Shown piece by piece: positions 11,495 through 23,450 of a stretch of 64,000 bases of DNA. Source of the DNA: Eledone cirrhosa (Eukaryota); contig OZ024741.1 in the NCBI GenBank assembly GCA_964016885.1, positions 198,400,001 to 198,464,000 on the forward strand. The letters are read 5' to 3'. Under the pieces are notes generated by a model. It made no database searches and was not told the DNA's origin. It was given only the letters and a program-made list of their open reading frames with translations. Every line of letters starts with the position of its first letter. Position 1 is the first letter of the stretch. The position numbers and the translations under genes are program-made.

Positions 11495-14060
11495 ATCATC
11501 ATCATCATCAACGTTTAACGTCCGTGTTCCAGGCTTGCATGGGTTTGGACGGGGGTAGTCCCACTTGAGGCAAGAGTGATTGTCTTGCTCGCATAGGACT
11601 GTCTGGCGGGTTTTCTACAGCTGGATGCCCTTCCTAACACCAACCACATTTACAGTGTGGGGCTGGGAGGTTTTTACCGTGTTGCCTACATGGCCACATT
11701 ACAGCGTGGACTGTCTGGCGGGTTTTCTACAGCTGGATGCTCTTCCTAACACCAACCACATTTACAGTGTGGGGCTGGGAGGTTTTTACCATGTTGCCTA
11801 CATGGCCACATTACAGCGTGGACTGTGTGTTTTTTTTGTCGTGACACCTACACGATCTCATCTGTTTCGGCCTGGATGTTGTGGTACCAACATAACTTTA
11901 CATTGAAAGGGGCGGTGTGGATGGGGTGGGGGTGGTGGGATGGGGGTGTATTTTGTTAGAGATGCCTACTGACTGTAGTAGGATTTACTTTGTATTTAGG
12001 TAAGGCGGGTCTTCTCTATTACTGAGTACCGCCATAGGTCTCGGTCCAGTGACATTGTCTTGGAGAGGTGTAAGTGTGTGAGGTCGGAATTTATCAGCTC
12101 GTCCCAGGTTTTTCTGGGTCTACCTACTCTGTGGCTACCGTCTATCTTTATTGCCCTGCACTTTGTTATACAGCTATCGTCTTTCATGCGCATCACGCGA
12201 CCATACCAACGTAGCCTTCTCTCGATTAAACAACATCTGATCCCTCTTATTTCTAATTTTTTCCTTAGTTTGTTTATGCTTTGCCGTTCACGTATATTAC
12301 TATTACACATCCAGCGGAGCATGCAAGCTTCGTTCCTCTCTAGTCTGCGTATATCCTCTGCACACAATGCCCAGGTCTCACTGCCATGCAACATTGCTGT
12401 TCGTATGCAGGCATCATACAACCTGCCTTTCATTTTTAGGGAGAACCCTTTAGCGGCTAATAGTGGTATAAGCTCTCTGAACTTTTTCCATCCAGTTCTG
12501 ACTCTAGCTACTGTACTTTCAGAGCACCCTCCCCCACTGCTGATTTTGCCACCCAGGTAACGGAAGCTGTCCACTATTTCTATAGAGCCCTCTGCGCAGT
12601 TGAAAGAGCTAGTATTTTGTGGGCACTTGCTGCTACTTATTGCACCAGAGCACCGGCCACATGTAAAATTTATGTTCTTAGTTAGCTTACCTGTGATCCC
12701 ACTACATCTTTTATGCACCCATACTTTGCATTTCGGACACAAAATGGAGTTTCTACCTACGCCTTTCCTACACACTGAGCATGGCCACTTCCCGGAAGGG
12801 ACCGCCGCCTTATTTTCTTTCCTACAAACTAGAACTTTGGTCTTAGCCAGGTTAATTTTAAGGCCTTTTGATTCTAGGCCGTGCTTCCATGTTTGGAATT
12901 TCTTCTCTAGCTCGGCCATTGATTCAGCTATGAATGTTAGGTCATCTGCGTATAGGAGTTCCCATGGGCAGCCGGTCTTGAACTCCTCTATTATAGCCTG
13001 AAGGGCAATAATAAATAGTAGGGGGCTGAGAACAGAGCCCTGATGGACGCCAACTTTTACGCTAAACTCTTCACTATATTCGTTGTTAATTCTAACCTTG
13101 CTGACTGTTTCTTTATACATGGCTTGTATAGCTCTCACAAGCCATTCGTCAACATCTAGTTTTCTAAGAGCCTACCAGATAATGGAACGGGGGACTCTGT
13201 CGAAGGCTTTCTCCAAGTCGACAAAAGCTAAGTATAGGGGTTTACTTTTAGCTAGGTACTGCTCCTGTAGTTGTCGTACAATGAAAAGAGTGTCTGTGGT
13301 GCTTTTGCCTGACACAAACCCGAACTGCATTTCATCGAGGTCAATTCTCTCTCTGATTAGTTGCGCTATTACTTTTTCCGTGACCTTCATGACCTGGTCG
13401 ATTAATTTAATGCCTCTATAGTTACTCCTATCTAGGGCATCTCCTTTACCCTTATAACAGTTAACGATGATGCTGCTACGCTAGTCCTTCGGAACAACCC
13501 CATTCTGTACGACTTGGTTAACTATCCGGGTGACCATGGTGTGTCCCACCGTGCCAGATGCCTTCAGCATCTCAGCAACTATTTCCGAAGGCCCAGCCGC
13601 CTTACCCGTCTTCATATCCTTGATTGCCTTACTTATTATACTACCCTCGACTAACACTGCTGGTCCCTCTATTGGGTCGATGTGGGGGAGACTGTCTTTC
13701 TCCCATTTATTCTCCTCATTTAGTAGCCTTTCGTAGTGACACTTCCAAGCTACCTTCTTATCAGCGTCAGTGATGGCAAGTACGCCGTCATCATTAAGTA
13801 CACACTTCTCCCCGATAATATCACGGTTTTCCTTGACACATTGCCTAGCAATCCTGAACACCTCACGTTTTTGGTCCTCGCGTTGTAGATCATGCTTGAA
13901 CTTTCTTTCCTCTGCTTCCCTTCTTGCGAAGTACACTTGTCTCCTAGCTTCCCTCCTGGCCACTTGATAGTCTTCTCTACTTCCCCCATCCTGCCATACT
14001 TTCCAAGCCTGCTTTTTGGCCTTAATTGACCCTCCACCTTACTGTTCCACCACCATGTTA
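11495..14060 (-). mobile_element. Young 5'-truncated RTE LINE (linker, RT, PHD finger, 3' UTR)
   Basis: ORF pieces 13481-13963, 13172-13390 and 11996-13138 are one frame broken only by two TAG codons. The 3' UTR has duplicated modules and a (GAT)n tail. Confidence 0.95.
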
Positions 14061-14769
14061 CTCACAGTTATCCCTAAAAAAACCAACATGTTAAAAGTTC
14101 ATCATCATCATCAACGTCCTTCTTCCCTGCTAACAAGGGGTTGATGGGTCTTCACAGACTGAATCAGTACTGCTGACCTTTCAGATGGGCTGGGGACCTA
14201 CATCATGCTTACATACATTCCCGCACTCTCCTGATTGCATTTTATCATGACACAAACACTATGAACACTAGGGAGATAGTCATATCTTTGACACAGCTGA
14301 AGAATCCTCCCAGCCCTTGGTTTGGCAGATTTTCTATGGCTGGATGTCCTTCTATTCACCAACCACTCTACAGGGTACATTTATCATGTAGATCACGAAC
14401 ACTAGGAAGGTTGCCATCTCTCTGACACAACTGAAGAGTCCTTCTGACCCTTTGTTTAGCAAAGTTATAACTTGAAAATTGTAAATTTGTCTGTAGAAAA
14501 TACTATTTTCTTTTAAAGGGTAAAAAAGAAACCATCTGGAATCCCAAATCTAGAAGAATAAGAATTTTTTTTCATCTTTTATGAATTCTACTAGTTTTGA
14601 CGAGCATCAAATAATCTGAGATTTCCCTTGTTCACCTTTAGTAGACTACTAGAAAGTGAACAGGTGGCAAGGTGGCACAGTCATTAGAACAATGGATAGA
14701 ATGTAATACAGAAGACCTGACTTCCCACGGGCACAAGCCGAAGCTGAAGCATATACACAATATGCCCTC

Positions 14770-15048
14770 ATCCCCTCCCACTGCATAGTGGTCGTGGAGC
14801 TGTCACAACTAAAAAGTACCCAGCCCACACTGTAAAGTGGCCATGTAGGCGCCACAGTAAAAAAGCACCCAGCACTCACCGTGAATGAGGTTGCTGTTAG
14901 GAAGGGCATCCAGTTGTAGAAATCAAGCCAAAATCAGTTTCCGTATGAGCAAGAGAAGGTCACCCAACCTGGCATTGCCCACAACAGGACAACCCGTCTA
15001 ACCCATGCTAGTGTAGAAGAATGAATGTAAAACGGTGATGATGATGAT
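14770..15048 (+). mobile_element. RTE 3' UTR fragment
   Basis: Matches 40790-41085: GTTAGGAAGGGCATCCAG...AACCCATGCTAG...(GAT)n. Confidence 0.75.
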
Positions 15049-15739
15049 ATATATATATATATATGAGGATAGTTAAGGTTTTGTTTATGTATATCAAGAA
15101 TGAATGCTTAAACAAGATAACTGCTTACCAGAGAATTTGACTTGATGGTATCCTTTGACTTGACGATATCCTTTGACTTATATAAATATCCAAGCTGGCG
15201 AGTATGGTATATTTGTCCAGAAGAGATCACAGTCATCATCATCATCGTTTAACGTCTATCTTCCACGCTAGCATGGGTTTAGATGGGTATATAATATATA
15301 TACTCAAAGTGTGAACAAAGAAATTAACTCAGTTCAATATCTACCGAATTCAAGCTCTCAATCAGGTTATCAAACAAACACAAATAATTAATCAATCAAT
15401 AAAATCAATTAATTAATTAATTAATTATTAAAGCTAGGAGAGAATAATAAGAATGAAAGTGATTAAAATCAAAGTTGCAGCATCGGCTAGCATCCCTCGA
15501 AAGAACAATGTTCAGAAACTTTGCACGAAGTACTCAATAAGAATATTGATAAATCGAAACGTTACATCTCAGAGCAATAAACATACGTTAAAGGTGTGAC
15601 AAATTGAAAACTGTGGAGAAAGCCACTACAACAACGCAAATACAAGCAGGTTAAATATATAATATCTAACACCCAAACACTGCACCCATGTCTCAACACC
15701 CAACCCACGCCCTAACACCCCACCCTTCACCAGATAAGT

Positions 15740-16230
15740 CCCACAGCACCCATACTGTAAAGTGGTCATTTTGGTGACAACAAAAAGTGCCCAGTCCACA
15801 CTCTAAATATGGTTGGCATTATGAAGGGCATCCAGCCTTAGAAACCAAGCCAAAATTAGCCCTGTATGAGCAACACAATCATCTGATCTGGCTTGTCTCA
15901 CAATGGGACAACTTGTCCAACCCAAGCTAGCATGAAAAGATGGACGTTAAACGGTGTTGATGATAATATATAAATGATCATCATCATTTAATATCCAATT
16001 TCCATGCTTGCATGGATTAGACGGGTCATCGCATTATAAGACAAGTCAGGTCAAGAGACTGCATCTTGCTCATATGGACTTGTATTTTGACTTGGTCTCT
16101 ACAGCTGGATGCCCTTCACAACCACATTATAGTGTGGACTGGGGGTTTTTTATCATGGCACCAAAACGGTAATCTAATAGGGTTGACTAGGTGCTTTTTG
16201 ACATGTCACCAGCATGACCACTATACAGGG
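15740..16230. mobile_element. Two degenerate RTE-tail fragments in tail-to-tail orientation
   Basis: Plus copy at about 15740-15965 and minus copy at about 15977-16230, both with the GGGCATCCAG motif and GAT tails. Confidence 0.6.
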
Positions 16231-17154
16231 TGTTTTTCTCAGCATTATGGTAGAAGGGGAGCAGATTTGGAATATGTCCTACTTTCCATGCTTGTATTTA
16301 GGGGTTGAGCATGATAGATGTGCGACAGGAGCACATAAGTTGGGGAAGGGAAGGAGTATACAAGATGGACATGGTTGAGATGAGTGGAGTAATTAGCTGG
16401 TGAGAGCACTGGTATTAAAACTAGGGAAGCTGAATGAGGGAGGGGAAGGAAACACTAGTTGCAGGCTTGTGTCCTCTTCATGCAATACATATTATTTTTA
16501 ATTGTTTTTTTTTAAATGTTTAATTTAACCTATTTGCTGACTAGAACTTTCTAAACTGTTCACGTAAATGACGCATAAAGTATACAACGAAATATCAAAT
16601 TGCATTTCATCAATTACATGATACCAGTCACATGTCTAATGGTATGCAGTGTTGTCAAATCTTAAATATATTTCACAACCAAATACTTTTTCAGCAAATT
16701 TAACTTTATTTTGTGATACATTAACCTTTTTGATTTCAAACCACTCCTGGCTCTATGATAGAAACTGCTTTGTTTTAAAAGTGTTCATATTTAGATTTAA
16801 ACTCTCCATTGTAATTTTATGTAAGAACCTTCGTTAAACTATGTTCTAAACACTAACTTAATAATTATTTTATAATTTAAGCACAAGGCTGGTAATTTGT
16901 GGAGAAAGGAAAAACAATTATATTCACCCTGGAAGGATGAAAGGCAAAGTTGATTTCAGTGAAAAACAAGATGGTGTAGAACAGAAGTAAAGAGAGACAC
17001 AAAATAACAAATTAGTCACTGAGGAGGTCACAGAATGTGTGAAGAAAGAGCTTTGACAATAAATAAACAACCACCCGGTTATTAAACCAACCAACCATTT
17101 ATTTGAAAATTAACAGGTGCGAGTGTTTTTATTGGCAGCATGACCCTCCCAAAA

Positions 17155-17545
17155 TATAATAATAATAATAATAATGAAATATTGTGTACAGTGCTCAGGT
17201 GCACTACAACTCATCAAAAAGTGTATGTATAGTACACAGGGTAATGCACAAATGTCAGGAAAATGAACAGTGCATGAGTCATGATATACACATGTGTGCA
17301 TGTGTATGGAAGGGTTACATCAGGTGTAGTTTTGGCGAATTTTGGGAAGCATGAGTGTTTTAAAGGATGCAGTGTCTCAGCAGGTAACAACTGACGTAGG
17401 CAGTTTGTTTCATGCTTCAGCAACTCTGAGCGTGAAAAAATGTTTCCGAAAGTCATGTGAGCTGTGCTGTTTTCTGATTTTGTAGGCATGTCCACGTGTA
17501 TTAGACACATGGAGATCAAAAAGGTGCTCAGGGTTGTTGTTGTAT
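17155..17545 (-). mobile_element. CR1-clade LINE 3' fragment
   Basis: NTRGHAYKIRKQHSSHDFRKHFFTLRV..NKLP is the CR1 ORF2 C-terminus; (ATT)n tail; homologous to 51810-52225. Confidence 0.85.
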
Positions 17546-17824
17546 AACATCGTTGCCCTTATCCTCATTTTATATAAACTAACAGAAAAACGCCCTTCGA
17601 CGTTTTCTGCTAGTATATGTAGTGTGCATATTGGTATTATATGCAAATATATATGCATATAGATATATGTAAATTGAAAAGTAAATTGACAATATCTTCT
17701 TCTTTCACCCACTTATTTCTGAGAGGGTCGTGGAGGTTTTACAAACGGGATAAAAAAAAATAAACCGTACACAATCCCGCACACCTTTTATTATAGTTTA
17801 TATTTGTTAGTGCTTTTGTTAGGT

Positions 17825-18085
17825 AGGCGGCGAGTTGGCAGAGTCGTTATAACATCAGATAGAATGCTTTATGAGTTCAAATCCCGCCGAGGTCAGCTTT
17901 GCCTTTCATCCATTCAAGGACGATAATAAAAAAAAAGTACTGGGGTTGATTATTTCTCTATATCTCTTTCTCTCATTCTCTCTCTCTATCTTTCTCTGGA
18001 CGAAATCAGTATATTCAGACCTGGAGGGGATTGGGTTCCGCGAGGTTTTAAAAGTTCCTTAGGATCGCCGCAGGAATTATGGGAC
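17825..18085 (+). mobile_element. tRNA-SINE family A variant with an alternative tail
   Basis: GAGTTCAAATCCCGCCGAGGTCAGCTTTGCCTTTCATCC. The tail recurs at about 29573-29780 (+) and 51620-51780 (-). Confidence 0.65.
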
Positions 18086-18462
18086 CATGTATTTGTTAGG
18101 TATTTGAAACCCAATGTTTACTGTATTCTATGTGACAAATAAAAAAATTGTTATTGTTTAACTGTAGTTTTAAATCTCATTCTATAAAGGTTTTGTACAA
18201 TGGGAATAAATTCCCAGGAAACAAACCAAATTGAGAGTAGGCAAAATGAGCACAGAGAACGTAGGATAACCACTGACAGAAACATGAACTTCCCTCTCTA
18301 AATATGTATATAAAAACTAATAATTTTTCTTCCGCATTTTATAATTATTCGTATAAATATGCAACTTAACTACACTTTACTCTTATAACATAATGCTGGT
18401 TTGTATGAATATAACAAGACACTAGGTTGTGTGTATAAAGTTTAATTAACAAGTTGAAGTTA

Positions 18463-18790
18463 TGTAGTATAGAATTGTTGACATGTCAAGAGTAGATGAA
18501 AGAATGAAGTAAAGTTATTTGTTACCGTTTTGAAGTGAGCTCGCAAGAGACCATGTTAGGGTTGCCAGAGAGTAGAGCCTCGGCGAACGCGCCTGGCCGA
18601 AGGGCCAGGCTAGTTAAAAGAGAGTGAGATCGCCCTGAGCTATCCCTTTTATAGGGTCGCAGGATGGAAGTGACAAAAAGGGTTCTGCCACTCCAACGGG
18701 AAGTAACTCCAGCTACCTCCTGTCTAGAGAGCGGTGATGTGATTGTCATAACAAGGGAGGCAACTCTTGCTACACTCTTCTGCCGTTGAA
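18463..18790 (-). mobile_element. Probable LTR remnant
   Basis: The minus strand reads TGTAG...CTACA (18774-18463) with an internal TATAAAAGGG and a purine-rich CGGCAGAAGAG just upstream (PPT-like). No TSD found. Confidence 0.4.
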
Positions 18791-19308
18791 AAAGCATATA
18801 ATGCTGAAACCGGTACCACTATTAAATGCGGAAATACCCACTTTATAAATAAATGTTTTGATATTATACTGGAAAAATCCCTCCAGCATTTTCTACTGAA
18901 TTTTTTCCTTTTTACTATTTGTTTATATATATCAGCTCGTGTGTCACTTTTCTACATTCCACACACACATATATATATATATATATATCCTGAGTTCAGT
19001 CTTTTTCGTCGCTATGGTCACTACGGCCCTTCTATCGGTCGCTGTCTTCAATTTGCAAAGCTGTCTAAACGTAATGTTATAACTCTAGGGTTATATAGCT
19101 GCACACAGAGACTGCATTCGTTAGCTTGGCTGCAACCACGGCTTCGTTGATGCTGTACTAAATTTTGCATATATATATATATATATATATATAGATATAG
19201 ATAAATCTACCAAAAGTTTACGGTAGTGTCCAATCCGTATGAAGAACTCAATGTAATCCGGATATCATGGAAAGAAGAGATCACCTTCGGTGATATATAT
19301 ATATATAA

Positions 19309-20029
19309 GCATACGTCAAGACGGGCGGACTCAAAAGTGAAACTAATTTTACAATTGTGAATTTGTTTTTTTTTTTTACAACAGGTCTCAATAGTGAAAG
19401 TATAATGCAGACACACGCAATTGTATGGATTTCTTAATATATATATATATGTGTGGGTGTGTATATGTGTGTATATATATAGGTGTGTGTATGTATATAT
19501 ATATATATGTGTATTTGTATATATATATGTGTTTGTGTCATCATCATCGTTTAACGTCTATCTTCCACGCAAGCATGGGTTTAGACGTATAAATATGTTT
19601 GTGTGCATATATGTGTTTGTGTGTATATATATGTGTGTTTGTGTGTATATATATGTGGCCACATACACATATATATATATATACAGACACATATATATAC
19701 ACACAAACACACATATATATACACACAAACACATATATACACACAAACATATATATACGTCTAAACCCATGCTTGCGTGGAAGATAGGCATTAAACGATG
19801 ATGATGACACAAACACATATATATATATATACAAACACACACACATATATATATATACATACACACACACATATACACACCCACACATATATATATATAT
19901 ATTAAGAAATCCATACAATTGCGTGTGTCTGCATTATACTTTCACTATTGAGACCTGTTGTAAAAAAACAAACAAATTCACAATCGTAAAATTAGTTACA
20001 CTTTTGAGTCCGCCCGTCTGGACGTATGC
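19309..20029. repeat. Large near-perfect palindrome (about 350-bp arms)
   Basis: GCATACGTCAAGACGGGCGGACTC... is mirrored by ...GAGTCCGCCCGTCTGGACGTATGC. Each arm contains an RTE tail and microsatellite. Confidence 0.95.
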
Positions 20030-20156
20030 CTTAAGAATGTATATACAAAATACACATTTATTCCCTTTGATCAAACTTTCAGGGTTTGTGTCGCCTACAT
20101 AATTTACATATTTTTACGGAGTTTAAAGGAAATGCTTTAAAAAAAAGTTTGAATGA

Positions 20157-20327
20157 TAATTGTTTCTACTTTTGGCACAAGGCCAGCAATAAACCAGTGT
20201 ATTACTGGTACTTTATTTTATCGACCCGATACGGATGAAAGGCAAAGTTAACCTCGGGATTTGAACTCAGTCTGTAAAGGGACGTATCTCTATGCGTCAA
20301 AGCATGGCGTCCGACCCTCTACCGATA
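20157..20327 (-). mobile_element. tRNA-derived SINE family A
   Basis: Reverse complement of the 23266-23450 consensus. Confidence 0.85.
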
Positions 20328-21143
20328 TAATATTTAAGAAACTATGATGACATAAGGAGTTTATTATTATTTTTTTTCAAACTAGCCACGAACGTTCAAA
20401 GTAACCCCGGTTTACGGTGCCTGCAGTGACGTAGCTAGAATGTTTGCCGCCGGGGAAGCCCTTCAGTGTGCCTCCCCCAGGTCCCCACAAAAATATCATA
20501 TTGCTCAGTGACTCACTCTTAAAGCCATATATATATATGGCCCGTCTTGACGTATGCCCATTCTTAATATGGTTTTAATGGATTCTGTAAATTATATTTC
20601 AATTCGATGTATGGTTCGGCTACAAAATCCGTGTAATTCAATAATTCCGTTTTGTCAATCACGCCAATGAATGTTTAAAAATGTCCCGCGTTTGTAGTAT
20701 TTGTTTCTTGCATACTGTCTATTCTATTTATTATTATAATTATTTGTGATATATAACAGAATTTTTATATATCACATATAATTTATATATCACATATAAT
20801 TATATATCACATATAATTTTTATACTTGCTAGGTTACATATGGCCGAACATCCACTATCCCTATCGTCCTGAATTTGGCTGCTATTTCTAGCACGAGTAA
20901 AGACCACTTCGATGGCCACTTTTAACCTTCACCCTGAATTTGACTGCTATTTACAACCAAAATATTCACTTATTTGCTGGGACATTGGGGTAGTGGCCAT
21001 AAATGTAGAAATTGGTGTCATGAGGCTTGCACTCGTTATAAACCTGGCCATGGTTACTATTTGTGTGACTTGTGAATAAAATGAACATTTTCGATTCATA
21101 TTTCATACTTCTTGAAACTTGTTTTCAAGTGTAATCACATAAT

Positions 21144-21533
21144 TGTTTCTACTTTTGGCACAAGGCCAGCAATTACTCAGTGTATTACTGGTACTTTATT
21201 TTATCGACCCCATCAGGATGAAAGGCAAAGTTAACCTCGGCGGGATTTGAACTCAGAATGGCAAGGGCCGTAACTCTATGCGTCAAAGCATGGCGTCCGA
21301 CCCTCTACCGATACTGCCAATCCACTGGCCATGTGTAATCACATAATTGTTTCTACTTTTGGCACAAGGCCAGCAATTATCTCAGTGTATTACTGGTACT
21401 TTATTTTATCGACCCCGTAAGGATGAAAGGCAAAGTTAACCTCGGCGGGATTTGAACTCAGTCCGTAAAGGGACGTAACTATGCTGCAAAGCATGGCGTC
21501 CGACCCTCTACCGATACTGCCAATCCACCGCCC
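21144..21533 (-). mobile_element. Two tandem tRNA-derived SINEs (family A) sharing a triplicated TSD
   Basis: Two full copies, separated and flanked by TGTAATCACATAAT (about 21130, 21334 and 21537). Confidence 0.9.
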
Positions 21534-21960
21534 ATGTGTAATCACATAATATATGCTTGTGTGTGTCTCTATGTATGTATGCATACATGAATGAATACTG
21601 ATTCCAGCTGTTAAAATATGTGATAGTGCATATCACATATTTTGGTTTCTGTTAATTCCCTAGGGAAATTTTTGACAAAATGCTTTGTTTAACTGTTTTA
21701 TTTATTTATTTATTTTCAATTTTATTCTTTCCCTAAGACTTTTTTTGAAAGCAAAGCATTAGCCCCTAAAATACTACAGTGGATTTCCGCAACGCTACCG
21801 TGAGCCCACTTGCCACTCCGCCACTGCCTATATCACTCCATTAGTTGTATGTGTAATTAAATATTCTTTTTTGTCATAATTTCTGTGAAATTTATACTTC
21901 GATTAAAATATCAATAAAATGTCTTATTACTCTGTTTAATATTCAAAGTAGCCCCGACGT

Positions 21961-23060
21961 GGTATTAGCTGTCGTTTATTTCCGTATCACTATTCCGTTT
22001 ATTTATGTTTATGATTTTCTAAGAGATACGTTTACGATGAGATTAGTTTTTAATGCACATGTTAAATAAGATTGTATATTATCGTTTCTCTCGAAAATTA
22101 CGTGGTTATTTGGTACCCATAAATAAAATCATAAACGTAAATAAACGCGTGGTGATACGGAAATAAACGATTGAGAAGGTTGACGAATGACGTCACCTTC
22201 TTTCTGACAGCTAATACCATGACAGTGCCGATCTACCAACTATGAACAAAATCTTTGAGTACCGTAAATACTTTGAATGATTTTCGTCAATTTTGCATCT
22301 TTTATATCGCATAGCTCAATTTTTTGTTGACGAATGGGTACTGTCATGGTATTAGCTGTCAGAAAGAAGGTGACGTCATTCGTCAATCTTCTCAGTCGTT
22401 TATTTCCGTATCACCACGCGTTTATTTACGTTTATGATTTTATTTATGGGTACCAAATAACCACGTAATTTTCGAAAGAAACGATAATATACAATCTTAT
22501 TTAACATGTGCATTAAAAACTAAACTAGCTGTTACAATTGTAATTAACGTGTAAGAACTTAAATGAAAATATAGGTGGCCCTTAAAAGGGCCGGTGTTGA
22601 ACTTAAATTTGTTTTCTAATTTGATAACCATGACTTGTTTCAACACCGACCCTTTTAAGGGCCACCTATATTTTCATTTAAGTTCTTACAGGTTAATTAC
22701 AATTGTAACAGCTAGTCTAGTTTTTAATGCACATGTTAAATAAGATTGTATATTATCGTTTCTCTCTAAAATTACGTGGTTATTTGGTACCCATATTTTT
22801 TTTTAATAAGTGTATCTCATCGTAAAATACAGCTAGTGTAGTTTTTAATGCACATTCAAAAATTACGGGGTTATTTGGTACCCATATTTTTTTTTTAATA
22901 AGTGTATCTCATCGTAAACGTATCTCTTAGAAAATCATAAACATAAATAAACGGAATAGTGATACGGAAATAAACGATTGAGAAGGTTGACGAATGACGT
23001 CAGATAGACTGATCGCCTACTTTCACTTCTGACAGCTAATACCATGACAGTGCCGGTAGA
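21961..23060. repeat. Nested inverted-repeat complex
   Basis: Inverted pairs at 22044-22229/22337-22522 and 22445-22601/22639-22795, plus outer arms at 21961-22043 and about 22906-23043. Confidence 0.9.
22577..22592 (-). promoter_or_regulatory. Histone 3' stem-loop-like motif
   Basis: The minus strand reads AACACC-GGCCCT-TTTA-AGGGCC-ACC, fitting the metazoan histone stem-loop consensus. The mirrored copy at 22648-22663 (+) has one substitution. Confidence 0.6.
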
Positions 23061-23265
23061 TCTTTTACAATATATTGTATCTGCAATCTTGATAGTTTTT
23101 TTTATAATGATCGGCTTCTAACTGTAGTCAGTTGGCTAAACACTCATTTCGAACAGTATGTCGAAGACGGATATATTTTACTATCATAGCGCATCCCTAA
23201 TCAGGTTATTCAGTACAACAGGAAATTGTAGTTACGGGAAATAACAATTTATCATTGAGTAATCT

Positions 23266-23450
23266 GGCGGTGGATTGGCAGTATCGGTAGAGGGTCGGAC
23301 GCCATGCTTTCCAGCATAGTTACGTCCTTTTACGATCTGAGTTCAAATCCCGCCGAGGTTGACTTTGCCTTTCATCCTTACGGGGTCGATAAAATAAAGT
23401 ACCAGTAATGCACTGGGTGATTGCTGGCCTTGTGCCTAAAGTAGAAACAA
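23266..23450 (+). mobile_element. Full-length tRNA-derived SINE family A
   Basis: TGGCAGTATCGG A-box and GAGTTCAAATCC B-box, flanked by the imperfect TSD ATTTATCATT(G/A)AGTA. Confidence 0.88.

Noticed and set aside
19421-19918. Mirror-image ORFs on both strands (MYGFLNIYIY...)
   Set aside because: Translation of microsatellite within a palindrome.
20424-21826. hAT element bounded by CAGTGACGTAGC and ACTCCGCCACTG
   Set aside because: The TIR match is weak and there is no 8-bp TSD.
23266-23360. tRNA gene candidates (A and B boxes)
   Set aside because: Multicopy, continue into SINE bodies with TSDs, and form no clean cloverleaf.
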